Positions 38,262 to 51,400 of a DNA stretch of 64,000 nt are shown piece by piece (the first letter of the stretch is position 1; every line of letters begins with the position of its first letter). The position numbers and the translations under genes are program-made. The stretch is from Octopus sinensis (lineage: Eukaryota): contig NC_042999.1 in assembly GCF_006345805.1 (NCBI RefSeq), positions 107,446,001 to 107,510,000 of the forward strand, written 5' to 3'. The notes below the pieces were generated by a model, which made no database searches, was not told where the DNA came from, and saw nothing but the letters and a program-made list of their open reading frames with translations.

Positions 38262-39774
38262 ATATTTATATATGTGTGTGTTGGTGTCTGCATTGGTATG
38301 TGAGGTGGTGGTGTGTGTATCGTGAACCAGTACAATATTTAGACTTACTGAGGCAGTACGTGAAGCCCTAAGCAGTAGGTTGTTTAGCTTCTGCCTAAAT
38401 CTGACATAGCTGACAACGTATGGATCTGGCCATATATATAACTCAAGCACATACATTTCTTTATGTATGTTCTAGGGTGATGTTAGTAGTAGACAGTAGA
38501 GTATATAGATAGTAAAAGTTCACATTGTGATGCCCTGGAGCTACAGGATAGTCTAGAATGGCAAAGAAATGTTTCTATAGTTACGAAAGATTTCCTGCTT
38601 TCAAATTTTGACCTGTGATTATTAAGTCAAATATTTTCACCAAGTTATCTAATGTCAGCTTTCAGAATAAATTCTCAATCATCTTTCGACGAATTCTATA
38701 GACATAATTTTCCTTTAGAATTTAACCCTCCATATTTAGAAAAGTTTACATAACCAATGGACATGTAAATAACTGATGATAAATCATAGTTTTCAAAGAT
38801 ATAAAGCTCAACTGCAATAACAAGGAAATCTTATAGACAATGTAAAGGATAGAAATAAACCCATATGTGTATATGTATACACACATACACACACACACAC
38901 TCACATACATATATATATACATATATATACATATATATATATAGATATATATATACATATATATTTCTATATATATATATAAATGTATATGCATATATAT
39001 ATATCTATATATATTGACACACACGTATATATACATATATATATACACATCCACATACACACATATACATACATACATAAATACGCGTGTGCATGCATGT
39101 CAAGCAATGCACACACACGCACACACACACACATTCAAATAATTATGCATGCATATTTATGATTTGGCAATCAAATGATGATAACCATTATGTACATATA
39201 ATTCAAGTAGAAGTATTAACACATTTTTAGTTCAGGGAGGGTATCAGAATAGCAATTGTAGAAGTGACAGTATAATTTCATAATCTATTAATGGCCTGAT
39301 GTTTGGAGAAGTATATTAAATGTGGGATTTCTGTTAACGTACACTGCTTGATTTCAGACATGTTTTGGTGTGAAGAGAATAACTTTCCAGTGTTCAGTGT
39401 ATTATTGTTCAGTAAATGTTTGACACCTATTTAAAGTTAACCTTGTTTAGAAGTAAAATATTATGGTTTTTCACTGTGTTGTTGTCAGAGACTCATCAAA
39501 TGTGTAGTTTGCGATTTGCAATGCTTTGACATATCTATTGGATTAGATTGGCAGAATTGTTAAAGCATCTGACAAAATGATTTATAGTTTCAGTTCTAGA
39601 TATTTTTACATTCTGAGTGCTAATTCTGCAAAGGCCAACTTTACAGTTCATCTTCCTAAAACTGATGAAATAAGTACCAGTCATGTATTGAAGAAAACAG
39701 CAGATTGTTACCTTCAACTCAAAATTTCTGGCTTTGTTCCTTTGTAAGAAACACTTATTTTTTAGTATTGGAGG

Positions 39775-40476
39775 CAGTGGCTGCTCATGTATAGGAACTA
39801 CGGAACTGCAGCACCCACTATTTTTACTCAATATTATCGATAACATTCAATATAATGAGTCCTTTTTTCTTTAATTCTTACTTTATATTTGTACATTATA
39901 TAATCTTTAAGTTTAAGGTCAGTAGCCATCCCCTAGCTAATGATAAAAATACAAAAATCCTTGTATAGAACTGTGGGCTTCACAGTTCCAGCAACGTGGT
40001 GCTTGGCTATTGTGTGCATGCTCATACGATCAAGATAGAAAGCTTCACACTAGGGAGAGAGAGCACTGCATGAACGACAGTGCTGGATGAAAGGTGGTGT
40101 TTCTTTATGACTCCACGTGTGTTGTGCTTAAAAACGTGCTTATATTCTTGAATGTGATAAAGTGTAGAATTAGGTTATTATCCTACTTCCAACTTCAGTG
40201 TTGCTGCCAGGATTTGAAAAATAGGGCACATTTACTCCACTTCTCTTGTGATTTAGGGCTGATATTTGGAAAACAAGGGGGAATTCGTGGGGAAGTCCAG
40301 TGAACAAATCAAACACACTACCTAGCAGTAGCTAGCAGTAGCTAAAATGTGAACCAATCAAGTTTATGCACAAATTTTCTTTTTATATGTTTGTTTCCTT
40401 TTCCACAATATTAAAACAATGGCTAAAAATTTTCCGATGCAGCAGCCCCACTAATTTTATCTATGAGCCACCCCTG
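39775..40476. mobile_element. Putative hAT-type MITE
   Basis: Imperfect termini CAGTGGCTGCTCAT / ATGAGCCACCCCTG; GCAGC(A)CCCACTA near both ends; 8-bp flanks ATTGGAGG and ATCAGGGG match at 5 of 8. Confidence 0.5.
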
Positions 40477-41404
40477 ATCAGGGGTGTATTGCAGTTGGAC
40501 TATTAGATTAATATTTATAGCAATTGTATTTTAATAGTTCTAACCAGAGTATCTGGAAGTTTTTCATGTTATTTTGATGTGTGAATTTTTTTTTATATTG
40601 TTGTAACAATGCTTGCTTCTTTACTGTAATTTTTTCCTCATGGGAAAAATTTAGTTCAGTGCTTCAAAATAACAATACACTTAACTGCAGTCCACCAGAT
40701 AGCTTTTATATTCATCTAACTTACTAGCTTCAAATTTTCATGCAAAAATATCAATAAATTAAAATGTATCAACAAAACAAAATAAAATCTCTTATCTAAA
40801 TCTTCATATCTAAATGTGATGAGATGTTTAATTCTGTTTGAATGATTGTGATTTTATACTTGTAATATTATTTATCCTAGGGAGCCTCTTCCACAAATGT
40901 TTCTCTGAAGTGAAGTTTATTATTTCAACAAATAACTTTGCAATAATCCTTATAAATTACAACTGACTTACAAATTCTGACTTCTTTACAAATCGTTACA
41001 GTAGACGACAAAATTTCAATGTAATATTCTATCTAATTTTATTTCTGATGAAGTTAATGACCATATACTTAATTTGCTTTCATTTCCAAGGAATCAGTCA
41101 ACTACTCAGCTCAGTCAAAGTATTGATCAAAGATGATTAACAAATTATTGAAAGATTCAATGAGCTGCTATATAATGATGCAGCTAGATAATGATAGGAT
41201 CAATATACCCATATTTTGGGTAATATTATTAGAATTGTGAATTTTAGTTAAGGTCATATCAAAAGATTTATATTATTGAAAATACCATTAGGAAAATTCA
41301 GATACATTCACTTGGTTTCCCAAAAAATAATAAAAATCATTACAGTTTTGAAACTTTCTTCAAACAGCATTTGATCTTTCTCATTTTGTAATGCAGTATA
41401 TATT

Positions 41405-41789
41405 CTTTTCTAACATAGGCACAAGGCTCAAAATTTTGGGGCAGGGTGCCAGTTGATTAGATCGACCCAGTACACAACTGGTTCATAATTTATCAACCCG
41501 AAAGGATTAAAGGCAAAGTCAACCTTGGCAGAACATAAAAACAAATGAAATACCTATTTCTTTACTACCCACAAGGGGCTAAACACAGAGAGAACAAACA
41601 AGGACAGACAAACGGATTAAGTCGATTATATCAACTCCAGTGCATAACTAGTACTTATTTAATCGACCCCCGAAAGGATGAAAGGCAAAGTCGACCTTGG
41701 TGGAATTTGAACTCAGAACATAGCAGCAGACGAAATACCACTAAGCATTTTGCCCAGCATGCTAATGTTTCTGCCAGCTCGCTGCCTTT
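41405..41789 (-). mobile_element. Composite (dimeric) SINE family C with 16-bp target-site duplication
   Basis: TAATGCAGTATATATT at 41389-41404 and 41790-41805 flanks two family C units with different tails. Confidence 0.9.
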
Positions 41790-42188
41790 TAATGCAGTAT
41801 ATATTGATATAACTAGCTGTATGACTTCCATTTTTCTCTGTTTATCCACCTTAAAAGGGAGATAACATTGACCTCCCTTAGTTTTTAAAAAACTTACTTG
41901 AATGATACTTGTTGTACGATATTTAATGTTAGGAACCTACTTTTGTCACTGTTGGTTGTGTCAGTGAATATTATATTTGTAATTCATTGATTGTTAAACT
42001 GTATTATTGTTACTAATGACAAATTTATTGCAGGACTGACAGTGTGGTTAAGAATTTCTCTTCTCAGCAACATGGTCTCAGATTAAGTCCTACTGAATGG
42101 CACTTTGGGCAGATATGTACAGCTTCAGTTTAACCAAAGCCTTGTGAGTGAATTTCACACTTGGAAACTGAAAGAAGACTGTGATATA

Positions 42189-43063
42189 CGAGGTGGAATC
42201 AAAAAGTTCCTGTACTGATTCTGTAGCATGCCAACAGATAGCAGCACATGGTTGCTTGCACAGTAAGAGCTAGCAGTGACCTTCATGAGGCAGTGCACCA
42301 AGTGACATTGCTATGTTTACTTTGCAAGTTGTGAAATTTGTGTTTTTGTGATCACGTGTATGCTGTAGTCTGCGATTTTGTCATGGACAGGAGCAAAGAG
42401 CCAATGTGAAATTTTGCACTAAACTTAGGAAGTCTGCTACAGAGACACTGAACATGCTTCAGCAAGCTTGTGGCAGCAAAACAATGGGTCTTACACAATG
42501 TTTTGAGTGGTGTAGGTGTTTCAAAAGCAGAAGAATGTCTCTGGAAGAGAATGGGTGATCTGGAAGACCTACCACAAGCATCAACCCTGGAAATGTGGCA
42601 TTGTGCATCGAGAATTTGTTCCCCAAGGTCAAACCATCAATTGAGAGTTCTACTGTAATGTTTTGAAGTATTTGAGGGAGGGCATTCATTGAAAGCAACC
42701 AGATTTGTGAAGCGTGAAGAATTGGATTCTTCACTGAGCTCACCTCACTAGTGAGTTTCTCACCAAAAATAACATGGCACTGCTTCTTCCGTACCCACCC
42801 TATTTGCAAGATTTAGCAACTGCAGACTTCCATCTCTTCCTCCAAGTTGAAAATGCTGCTCAAAGATCACTGTTTTAACACTGATGTTAAGATCAAGAGC
42901 GAATTGCAAAAGGTCCTTGACTAGCTTACAGAAAACAACTTCCAGGCCAGATTCCAAAAGTGGCTGGGATGGTATATTGCTGTGCAAGGTGACTACTTCA
43001 AAGGAGATGATGTCAAAACTTAAGTTAACATAACTAGTCTGGGAACCTTTTGATACCACCTCA
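42189..43063 (+). mobile_element. Internally deleted mariner element inserted in an old SINE A copy
   Basis: TIRs CGAGGTGGAATCAAAAAGTTCC / GGAACCTTTTGATACCACCTCA with TA flanks; EQRANVKFC..LRKSATETLNML...QCFEW..SGRPTTS; PYPPYLQDLATADFHLF. Confidence 0.9.
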
Positions 43064-43694
43064 TATAATATATTTATGTATGACTGTATGTGTGCATATG
43101 TGTATGTTTGTGACCCCTTCTCTTGATATGTGATAGTTATCGAATGATAGTTGAGTATTAGGGGTTGATATAACTGACAAGCCTTATCCTCTAAAGTTTC
43201 AGGCCCTGTGCCTGTAGAAGAAAGTAATATTATAATTATTGTACCTATGTAACATTAACTGATATGATCCAATAACAGAATATATATTTCCAAAATAACC
43301 TGCCAGATAACAGTGAGCATTTTAGTTAATATATATATATATTGTGCAAATGATTTAAAGATGATTTTTAAGAAACTGTTACATTAGATGTTTTCAAATT
43401 ATCACTTTCATCTACCTTTAAAGTAGGCCACTTCTCAAGTAGGCTTTCTTAAGATATTTTCAGTTGTTCTATTAATTCATATATGTTTATAATAAAACGT
43501 ATATATTTGGTAGAATAAGGACACGTGTTTCCTGGTTATATTTAAGAAATGATAATAGCAATAATAATAGTAGTAAAATCATTTCAATATAAATATAGTC
43601 ACTCTTCAGATTAAAGATAAAAACAATAAAATAATTAATTAGATAAATTAATGAATACATATATATATATTTATATATATATATATAATACACA

Positions 43695-44270
43695 TAAGGT
43701 CCTGGTAGGGTAGAAAGATAAGGTATTTCCGATACAGTATTCAACCTGAGCTTTAGGCTATCTACATTCTCAGATTCCAGACTAGTATCAAAATATCAAA
43801 ATTCTTCCAGTGTAGAAATCCTGGTCTCACAAGCTTTACTCTTGTGTTGGTTTAGTGAAGAGTAAAAAATAATTCAAATAAGAAAAAGAAAAAATTTAAA
43901 TCATCTTTGATGAGCAGTTACAATAGTTCCTGTAGCAACTTTGCTTTCAATACCTCTTGACACAAGGTTTCTAACTGAAAATATGCATATTTGCAGTTTT
44001 AAACATAGGAGTGGTACTTTCTCAGACCTGCATCAAAGGTGCACTCTTACAGTGTGCATCTACCAGATTTTCTAATTTACTTACACTGGGAGGAAAGGAG
44101 AAATGGCCACTCCGATGTTTAAGACCACGAATATTATGCAAATTTTCACTTGGAACTTTCATGTGAACAGGCATTGAAAGCGGAGGTGTACAGAAACAAT
44201 TGTTACTGATCATTAAAGCCTTTCTTTATCTTTTTATTTGGATTACTTCCCCACATATTAGTTTCCTAAC
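43695..44270. repeat. Old element (family E) with long internal inverted arms (about 43871-44023 and 44098-44245)
   Basis: GCAGTTACAATAGTTCCTGTA..GCTTTCAATACCT..TTAAACATAGGAGTGG is mirrored by CCACTCCGATGTTTAA..AGGCATTGAAAGC..TACAGAAACAATTGTTACTG. Confidence 0.7.
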
Positions 44271-44534
44271 ATTTGGTTTCTCTGATGAAGCCTTGGGGCA
44301 CAACCATTGTCCAACCCCTGCCCAATGTTTGTTCCTCCCTGTATATCACTGGCGCGATGTGGAAAACTTGAAAGATTTGGCCACCCCATGGTAGAAACAG
44401 CTGCATGAGTTTAGTATTTGTACGCTCATTTATTCTTATTTGTTTATTTTTATTTATATATTTATCTACTTATTTATTTGCTTATTTCATTCATTTATTT
44501 GGATCACTTACACATATGATTGTAATCAATTGAT

Positions 44535-44536
<2 letters not shown>

Positions 44537-44568
<32 letters not shown>

Positions 44569-44845
44569 GTTTAGCGTCTGCTTTCCATGCTAGCATGGGT
44601 TGGACGGTTCAACTGGGGTCTGGGAAGCCAGAAGACTGCACCAGACTCAGTCTGATCTGGCAATGCTTCTACGGCTGGATGCCCTTCCTAACGCCAACCA
44701 CTCTGTGAGTGTAGTGGGTGCTTTTTACGTGCCACTGGCACAGGTGCCAGAGAAGGCTGGCAAATGGTCATGATCGGATGGTGCTTTTTTCGTGCCACCA
44801 GCACGGAGGCAAGGTGAGCAACAGCCACGATCGGATGGTGCTTGT
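44537..44845 (-). mobile_element. Repeat family B
   Basis: Matches the copies at 37721 and 62151. Confidence 0.9.
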
Positions 44846-45057
44846 TTATAGGCTGATGTTTATCGATTGTTTATCCTCTTCATTTTCTTATTTGCCTTAT
44901 AAATCCTGGGTAAATTTCTGATTTACCCCCACCCATACCTAGTATTCAATTGCGATATTGCACTTGGATATAAATACATAGGTATACATCTAGTTGTATA
45001 TTGGATATTTACTATCCTTTAGATGGTTCCTTAACCTCTAACTCATATAGACATGTG

Positions 45058-45107
<50 letters not shown>

Positions 45108-45309
45108 GATCTGCATATTGATGGAAAGATGACTATACATATAGATATATGTATTATTTATGTATATATATTTGTACATATTTATATGTATTTATATGCA
45201 TGTGTTTGTGTCTTCTTGTCTTGGAATTATGCCATAGTTATAAATGAGTATCACTATCACAGAAGCTGTGTCCTTTGATAGTAATCTAGCTATAGAAAAT
45301 TTGCATATA

Positions 45310-46601
45310 CGAGGGGCGTTCAATAAGTAATGCCCCTGACCCACTTCCCAAAGCAGTAGAGCAACGAAACTTGGCACAGTTATTAGACTTTTTCTACATA
45401 GGAACCACCCAGAGTTACGCATTTCTCCCATCGTTTGATGCGGCTCTGGAGACCGTTTTTGTAGAAGAACCCAGCTTGGTCCTCCAACCTGAACGTGACT
45501 TCAGAAATCAAGGCTGCATCATCTGGGAAACGCATTCCTTTCAAAAACAACTTCATGATTGGGAAGAGGTGAAAATCAGAGGGTGCAAGGTCAGGAAAGT
45601 AGGGGGGGATGGGGAGGAGTTCATAGCCATACGCCTGTGCTTCTGATCTGGCGACAAGCGAGTTGTGGACCGGAGCGTTGTCCTGCAGGAGGAGGATGCC
45701 TTTGCTGATCTTGCCCCGCCTCTTGATTTTGATAACTTCTCTTAATTTCCTCAAAAGTGAAGCATAATAGGCTCCTGCAATTGTGGTACCCTTTGCCAGG
45801 AAATCTGTCATCACTACTCCGTCCTGGTCCCAGAAGACTGTGAGCATGACCTTGCCAGCGGAGGGCTGCACCCTTGCCTTCTTTGGAGGGGGTGAGTCAC
45901 GGTGCTTCCACTGCATTGACTGGGCTTTGGTCTCTGGATCATCGTGATGGACCCAGGTTTCATCCTGTGTAATCAGTCTTTTGAAAAATTTTGACTCATC
46001 TTCTTGGCACATCTCCAAATTCACCCTCGAGCACTCGACGCGTTCTTGCTTCTGGAAAGGCATGAGCGACCTGGGAATCCATCTGGCAGACACCTTTTGC
46101 ATATGCAAATGGTCATGAATGATAGTTTCCAAAGACCCGGTACTAATCTTGACCTCATGGACTATTTGGCGAATAATTATGCGTCGATCTTCCAAAATGG
46201 CAGCCTCAACTTGACGGACAGATGCCTCATCAATGTCAGAAGGGGGCGACCAGATCTGGGAGCTGTTTCCACAGAGTTCCGACCATGTTTGAATTCACGA
46301 TGCCAGCGTTTTACAAGGTCATATGATGGGGCATCATCACCATAAGTTACTTTCATTTCATCAAAAGTTTCCCGTGGTGTGCGTCCTTTCAAATACAAAA
46401 ACCGGATCACTGCTCGACACTCAACAGGCTCCATTTCACACTTGACTCGGTTCAAACACCTGTAAATCAGAAACCACAATTAGTTCAGAGCTGTAATTTG
46501 CCACTTACTCTATAGAGATATACATAATTGCACAAGCAAAATTTCAGCTAGATCAAACAAATGCAAGTGGGTCAGAGGCATTACTTATTGAACGTCCCTC
46601 G
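45310..46601 (-). mobile_element. Full-length mariner (DD34D) transposon, 1292 bp
   Basis: 37-bp TIRs CGAGGGGCGTTCAATAAGTAATGCCCCTGACCCACTT with 2 mismatches between ends; TA on both sides; one transposase gene inside. Confidence 0.97.
45383..46434 (-). pseudogene. Mariner transposase with one apparent frameshift near 46240
   Basis: MEPVECRAVIRFL...RSGRP (ORF 46177-46479) continues into ORF 45383-46195: WIPRSL, ITQDETW, QDNAPVH, PPYFPDLAPSD; 34 residues between the second and third Asp. Confidence 0.95.
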
Positions 46602-46879
46602 TATATATATATATGCACACCAAATACATATTTTTTTCAAAAATGTGTATATGCATGTACACACACACACACACACACAATGGAGTGAGTGGAGCAAGAA
46701 CACACATAGAAATGAAAAGTGTTGTTGAAGAGGTCACAGATATGTGACAAAGAATTTCTGGACAATGGACAGGCGTTAAAATAATAAAATAACAGTAATA
46801 TACGAGCGAAGAAAAATATATATAGTGTGTGTGTTTATTTGGCAAAAAAAAATGACCATCCCGAAGTACAACAATATAT

Positions 46880-46932
<53 letters not shown>

Positions 46933-46934
46933 AA

Positions 46935-48200
46935 GGTCGTCAAGTATGAAATTTGTAACAAGGTATATGGTAAACTTTGACAGCTACTCATTTTGTGCCA
47001 TTATTATATTTTGACAATCTTTATTTTTTGTTAGAAAGCTGACACATCTATTTCTTTATTCTAACTCAGTTTGTGCTTTATAAAGTATTCGTAAATCGTT
47101 TTTTGCTATTTTTGTTTAGAGATGGATAGGTCAGAAATTTGTACAGTTTTGAAATATGAGTTCTTTCTTGGAAATACAGCATTACAGACAGCTCGGAATA
47201 TTAATAGAGTATTTCATTCTAATGTTATTGCACAACAGACAGTATCAAATTAGTTTGCAAAATTTCATCCTGGTGACTTTAACCTCACAAATGAGCAATA
47301 GGGTTGACCAGAAACAAAGGTGGATAATGACAAACTGAAAGCCACCATCAAGTCAGCTCCATCTCAAAGTGCCCGTGAATAATCGTTGTTGTTTGGTGTT
47401 TGCAAGCAATCACTATTGACTCACCTAGTTCAAATCAGTAAAATGAAAAAGTTAGATAAGTGGGTTCGACATGAACTCAATGAAAATCAGAAACAGCAAT
47501 GTTTGGAAGCCTGCATTATGCTTCTTGCTCATCACAAAAATGAATCATTTTTTAATTGAATTATAACATGTGATGAGAAATTGATCTAATACAACAACCA
47601 TAAACATTCAGCATAATGGTTGGACAAAGATGAGCCACCAAAATACAGTCCAAAAAACAAAATTCATCAAAAGAAGCTGATGATGTGTGTTTGGTGGTCT
47701 GGCGCAGGTATGATCTATTATGATTTCATTAAACCTGGCTCATCAATCACGGCTGAAGTATACTGCAGCCAGCTAGACCAGAAACTTACAAAAAAAAAAA
47801 CCCAGCCTAGATTAGTAAACATCAATTCCTATTTTATTGCAAGACAATGTCAGACCATATATCCCAAAAATGACAGTGGAGAAACCACATGAGTTGGAGT
47901 TGGAAGTTATCCATCATCCACCATACTCACCTGATCTTGTCCCCACTGACTACCACTTCTAAAATTTGGATAACTTTTTGATAGGAAAAAACTAATTCTG
48001 ACGATGTTGTAAAACAGGCCTACCAAGATTTTATTGATTGTAGATAGCCAGGCTTTTACAGTTTCAGGCTGAACAAGCCACTGCTGAAATGGTAAAAAAA
48101 AAGTGTTGACAATATGGGGTATATTTTGATGAATAAAGCTATTCATTGTATTTATAAAACATTAGCAAACTTTTTTCTTTTCTGCAAATTTCCTACTTGA
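46935..48200 (+). mobile_element. Decayed near full-length mariner (cecropia/Hsmar1-like); transposase pseudogene 47122-48136
   Basis: MDRSEICTVLKYEFFLGNTALQTARNIN...KKLDKWVRHELNENQ...IITCDEK...HPPYSPDLVPTDYHF; end repeats TCAAGTATGAAATTTG / CAAATTTCCTACTTGA; several stops. Confidence 0.92.
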
Positions 48201-48210
48201 TATATGTATA

Positions 48211-48243
<33 letters not shown>

Positions 48244-48247
<4 letters not shown>

Positions 48248-48588
48248 AGGTGCAATGGCTCAGTGGTTAGGGCAGCAGATTCGCAGTCGTGGGATCGTGG
48301 TTTTGATTCCTAGACTGGGCGTTGTGAGTGTTTATTAAGCGAAAACACCTAAAGCTCGATGAGGCTCTGGCAGGGTCGGGGGTGGACCACGCTGTACTCT
48401 TTCTTCCTGTTTCTGTTGTACCTGTATTTCAAAGAGTCAACCTTGTCATGCTGAATCTCTCTGAGAATTACTTTAAGGGTACACGTGTCTGTGGAGTGCT
48501 CAGCCACTTATAAGTTAATTTCATGAGCAGGTTGTTCTGTTGATCAGATGAACTGGAACCCTTGTCATCATAACTGATAGAGTACCAC
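48244..48588 (+). mobile_element. SINE family D
   Basis: GGAGGTGCAATGGCTCAGTGGTTAGGGCAG head matches the 24135 copy; 3' part matches the 13195 copy. Confidence 0.85.
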
Positions 48589-49599
48589 GATGTATATATA
48601 TATATGTATGTATGCATGTATTATATACACACATACAACAAGCTTCTACACAATTTCTGCCAACTGAATTCAGTCATAAGACACTGGTTACCCAAGTACT
48701 ATTAGAAGACACTTGTCCAAGGCTCTCCACAGTGGAACTGAAACCAAAATTACACAAGTACAAAGAGAATTTCTTATCTTGACAACCAAGCCAATATTTG
48801 TTCTTTGTTTTGTTTTAGTCATTATAACTAAGGCCATGCTGGAGCACTATATATCAGAACTGTACCAATAACATAAGAATAAGATAAATGTAATGGCTTG
48901 TGATCTTTATGAAAATAATCTTCTTTGTACTATTTATTATAGTTTTTAGTTATTTACATATCTCCAGCTATACAATATTGTAAGTAAGTAATTGTAGCTG
49001 ATGAAAAGCCAGTAGAATATGAGGTAATATAATAGTTATGGATATTTCTTTTATTGTCTCTACTTAGACAAGAAAATAATGAGGTTCTTCTCAATAATGT
49101 AGATTTAGAATTCTTTTTAAGTAGATGTTTTCTGGTTACTGTAAAACAATTTCCAAGCAATTCTTATTGCATCGTCTTCAGTGAATGATTAGAGTTTAAA
49201 CTTTGTAGAAATAACTAAAAACTATGGTGTACTTTCTAGCCACACAGGCTGAGTCTATCTTCAATATTTTCTCTTGAAAATATTACCTACTAGATATGGT
49301 TACCAAAATGAACCAGCAATTATATTTTAGATATTAATCAGAAGTGTGGACAGCACCCAAGACTTTTGCAGACCCTTTCAGGCTAATGAAATTCATGTAG
49401 TTGGTATGGTAATCTACATTGACAGGAAAAAGCATGGATAAAGGGGAGAATTGCAGAGATCTATATATTCATCCATAAAGAATGCTTATTCCCTAAAGAT
49501 CCTAAGGGAAAGTAGTTAAGAATTTTATGAATCCCTATCACTTAGAATAGGATGGTCAACTGGCTGAAAATTCTCCAGATCAAATGTCCACCCCTATGG

Positions 49600-50440
49600 A
49601 GGATCTGATAGTTGAGACAGAGCGAAGATAATGAGATTATATGAGGGAGAGAACTTCTTCAAAAGAACCAAATATGAGGTCGTGTAACACTTGTTAATTC
49701 GGAAAAGCAGAGATTTTACATTGACTGTGAAAGATGCAAGAAAAAAGACATCATGTCTATAAGCTAGGGATTTTAGTGTCTTCTGTAAATTGAGGTTTTG
49801 CCAGTCAGCTAAAAGACCTTTTTAGATGTACTTTTGAATGTTTAACAATAATACAGCAGTGGCACCACCACAGATATGTGACCAATACTTCTGTGAGGGT
49901 TCCACTTGCACTTTGCAGAGAATTAAAAACCGGTCAGAGCCAAAGTAATTTATAGCCCTAAAGAGAGGTAAAAATGGTTTAATGAGGAAATTTTAGCAGG
50001 GCCATTAATGTGAAGTCATCCTAAAAGATTATTAATGCTTCTGAGACCTAGTATTTGCAGGGAGAATCTTCTATGGTTTGTTCATGTGTAAGAGTGGTGA
50101 ACATTGTTTCTTAGATTGACATCATAATCATCTCTTCGAACTTGTGACTAAAGAATGTCTTCAAGAGTCTGTTATGGAATCAGTGCAAGTTTGTTTTGAG
50201 ATCTAGATTGTATACTCTTACTCTATTTACTCTTTTACTTGTTTCAGTCATTTGACTGTGGCCATGCTGGAGCACCGCCTTTAGTCGAGCAAATCGACCC
50301 CAGGACTTATTCTTTGGATGCCTAGTACTTATTCTATCGTTCTCTTTTGTTGAACTGCTAAGTTACAGGGACGTAAACACACCACCATTGGTTGTCAAGC
50401 GATGTTGGGGGAATAAACAGACACACAAGCATATACACAC

Positions 50441-50534
<94 letters not shown>

Positions 50535-51400
50535 GATAGATATATATATATATATATACATACATATATATATATACATACATATATACGATGGGCTTCT
50601 TTCAGTTTCCGTCTACCAAAACCACTCACAAGGCTTTGGTTGGCTCAAGGCTATAGTAGAAGACACTTGCCCAAGGTGCCATGCAGTGGGACTGAACCTG
50701 GAACCATGTGGTTGGTAAGCAAGCTACTTTCCACACAGCCACTCCTATGCTTATGTGGATAATATATGTATATAGAATAGTTTCAGGAGTAATGGAAAGG
50801 GCATGGTCTGCATAATAGTTGGAATAGTTAGAAGTGTATAAAATAGGATACAGAAAACAATATTAAACAACAGTTGATAGACTGTGGGTTGGAGAAAGCT
50901 ATTACCATATAGCATGATATATAACAAGAAATATCCAGTCTATGAGATGAGCAATGAATAGCTGAGCCCATAACTTAGGAGTTTTCATGACAGACATTGA
51001 TGAAGGTTTTATTGATGACAGGGTCAAATAATTTCTTAATAATTTCTTAAGAGTTGAAAACAATTAGAGAGGGACAAGCACAAGTCTTCAGTAGATCTGA
51101 CTGAATGGAAACTATATTGACAGCCACTAAGAAGAGAAAAAAATTAACATGATTAAGAAATGTTTTTTTATGTATAAGAATGAAGGAATATTGGTTTGTA
51201 GTTGGCAATACCACAAATATTGCCCTGTTTTGTGTGAATAGAGCACACTGCACAGCGTTTTCATAGATGAGGATACATTGCTGAATGAGAGTTAAGCTTT
51301 GATGTTTTGCAAGCTCTCAAGCCCATTGATAAATAATAATGGAAGATTCACCATTAGAAGTGGATGCCATGTGGAACTGATACCAAATATTAAACATCTT
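49600..51400 (-). mobile_element. Decayed CR1-group LINE RT region interrupted by a SINE A
   Basis: SLLSGCQYSFHSVRSTEDL (QxGF motif region) near 51100; LCKVQVEPSQKYWSHICGGA (LYKxxVRPxxEYCSxIW) near 49900. Confidence 0.75.
50213..50750 (-). mobile_element. SINE family A with strongly expanded internal (TA)n
   Basis: Family A sequence on both sides of a (TA)n-rich tract at about 50430-50590. Confidence 0.92.

Noticed and set aside
39968-40084. Two short hairpins (GAACTGTG/CACAGTTC and AGCACTG/CAGTGCT)
   Set aside because: Short stems inside a putative MITE; no further evidence for a structured RNA
44278-44320. CTGATGAAGCCTTGGGGCACAAC hammerhead candidate
   Set aside because: No GAAA after stem II and stem I not adjacent to the core
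46004-46345. Plus-strand 113-aa ORF, also 45371-45646, 59899-60165 and 60199-60504
   Set aside because: Antisense shadows of the mariner transposase and the RTE ORF
46722-46760. TTGAAGAG-GTCACA gata TGTGAC-AAAG hairpin resembling a decayed hammerhead
   Set aside because: Both halves of the core are mutated and there is no stem I
49143-49185. Minus-strand CTGAAGA...GCAAT/ATTGC...GAAA candidate
   Set aside because: Core and stem II plausible, but stems I and III do not pair
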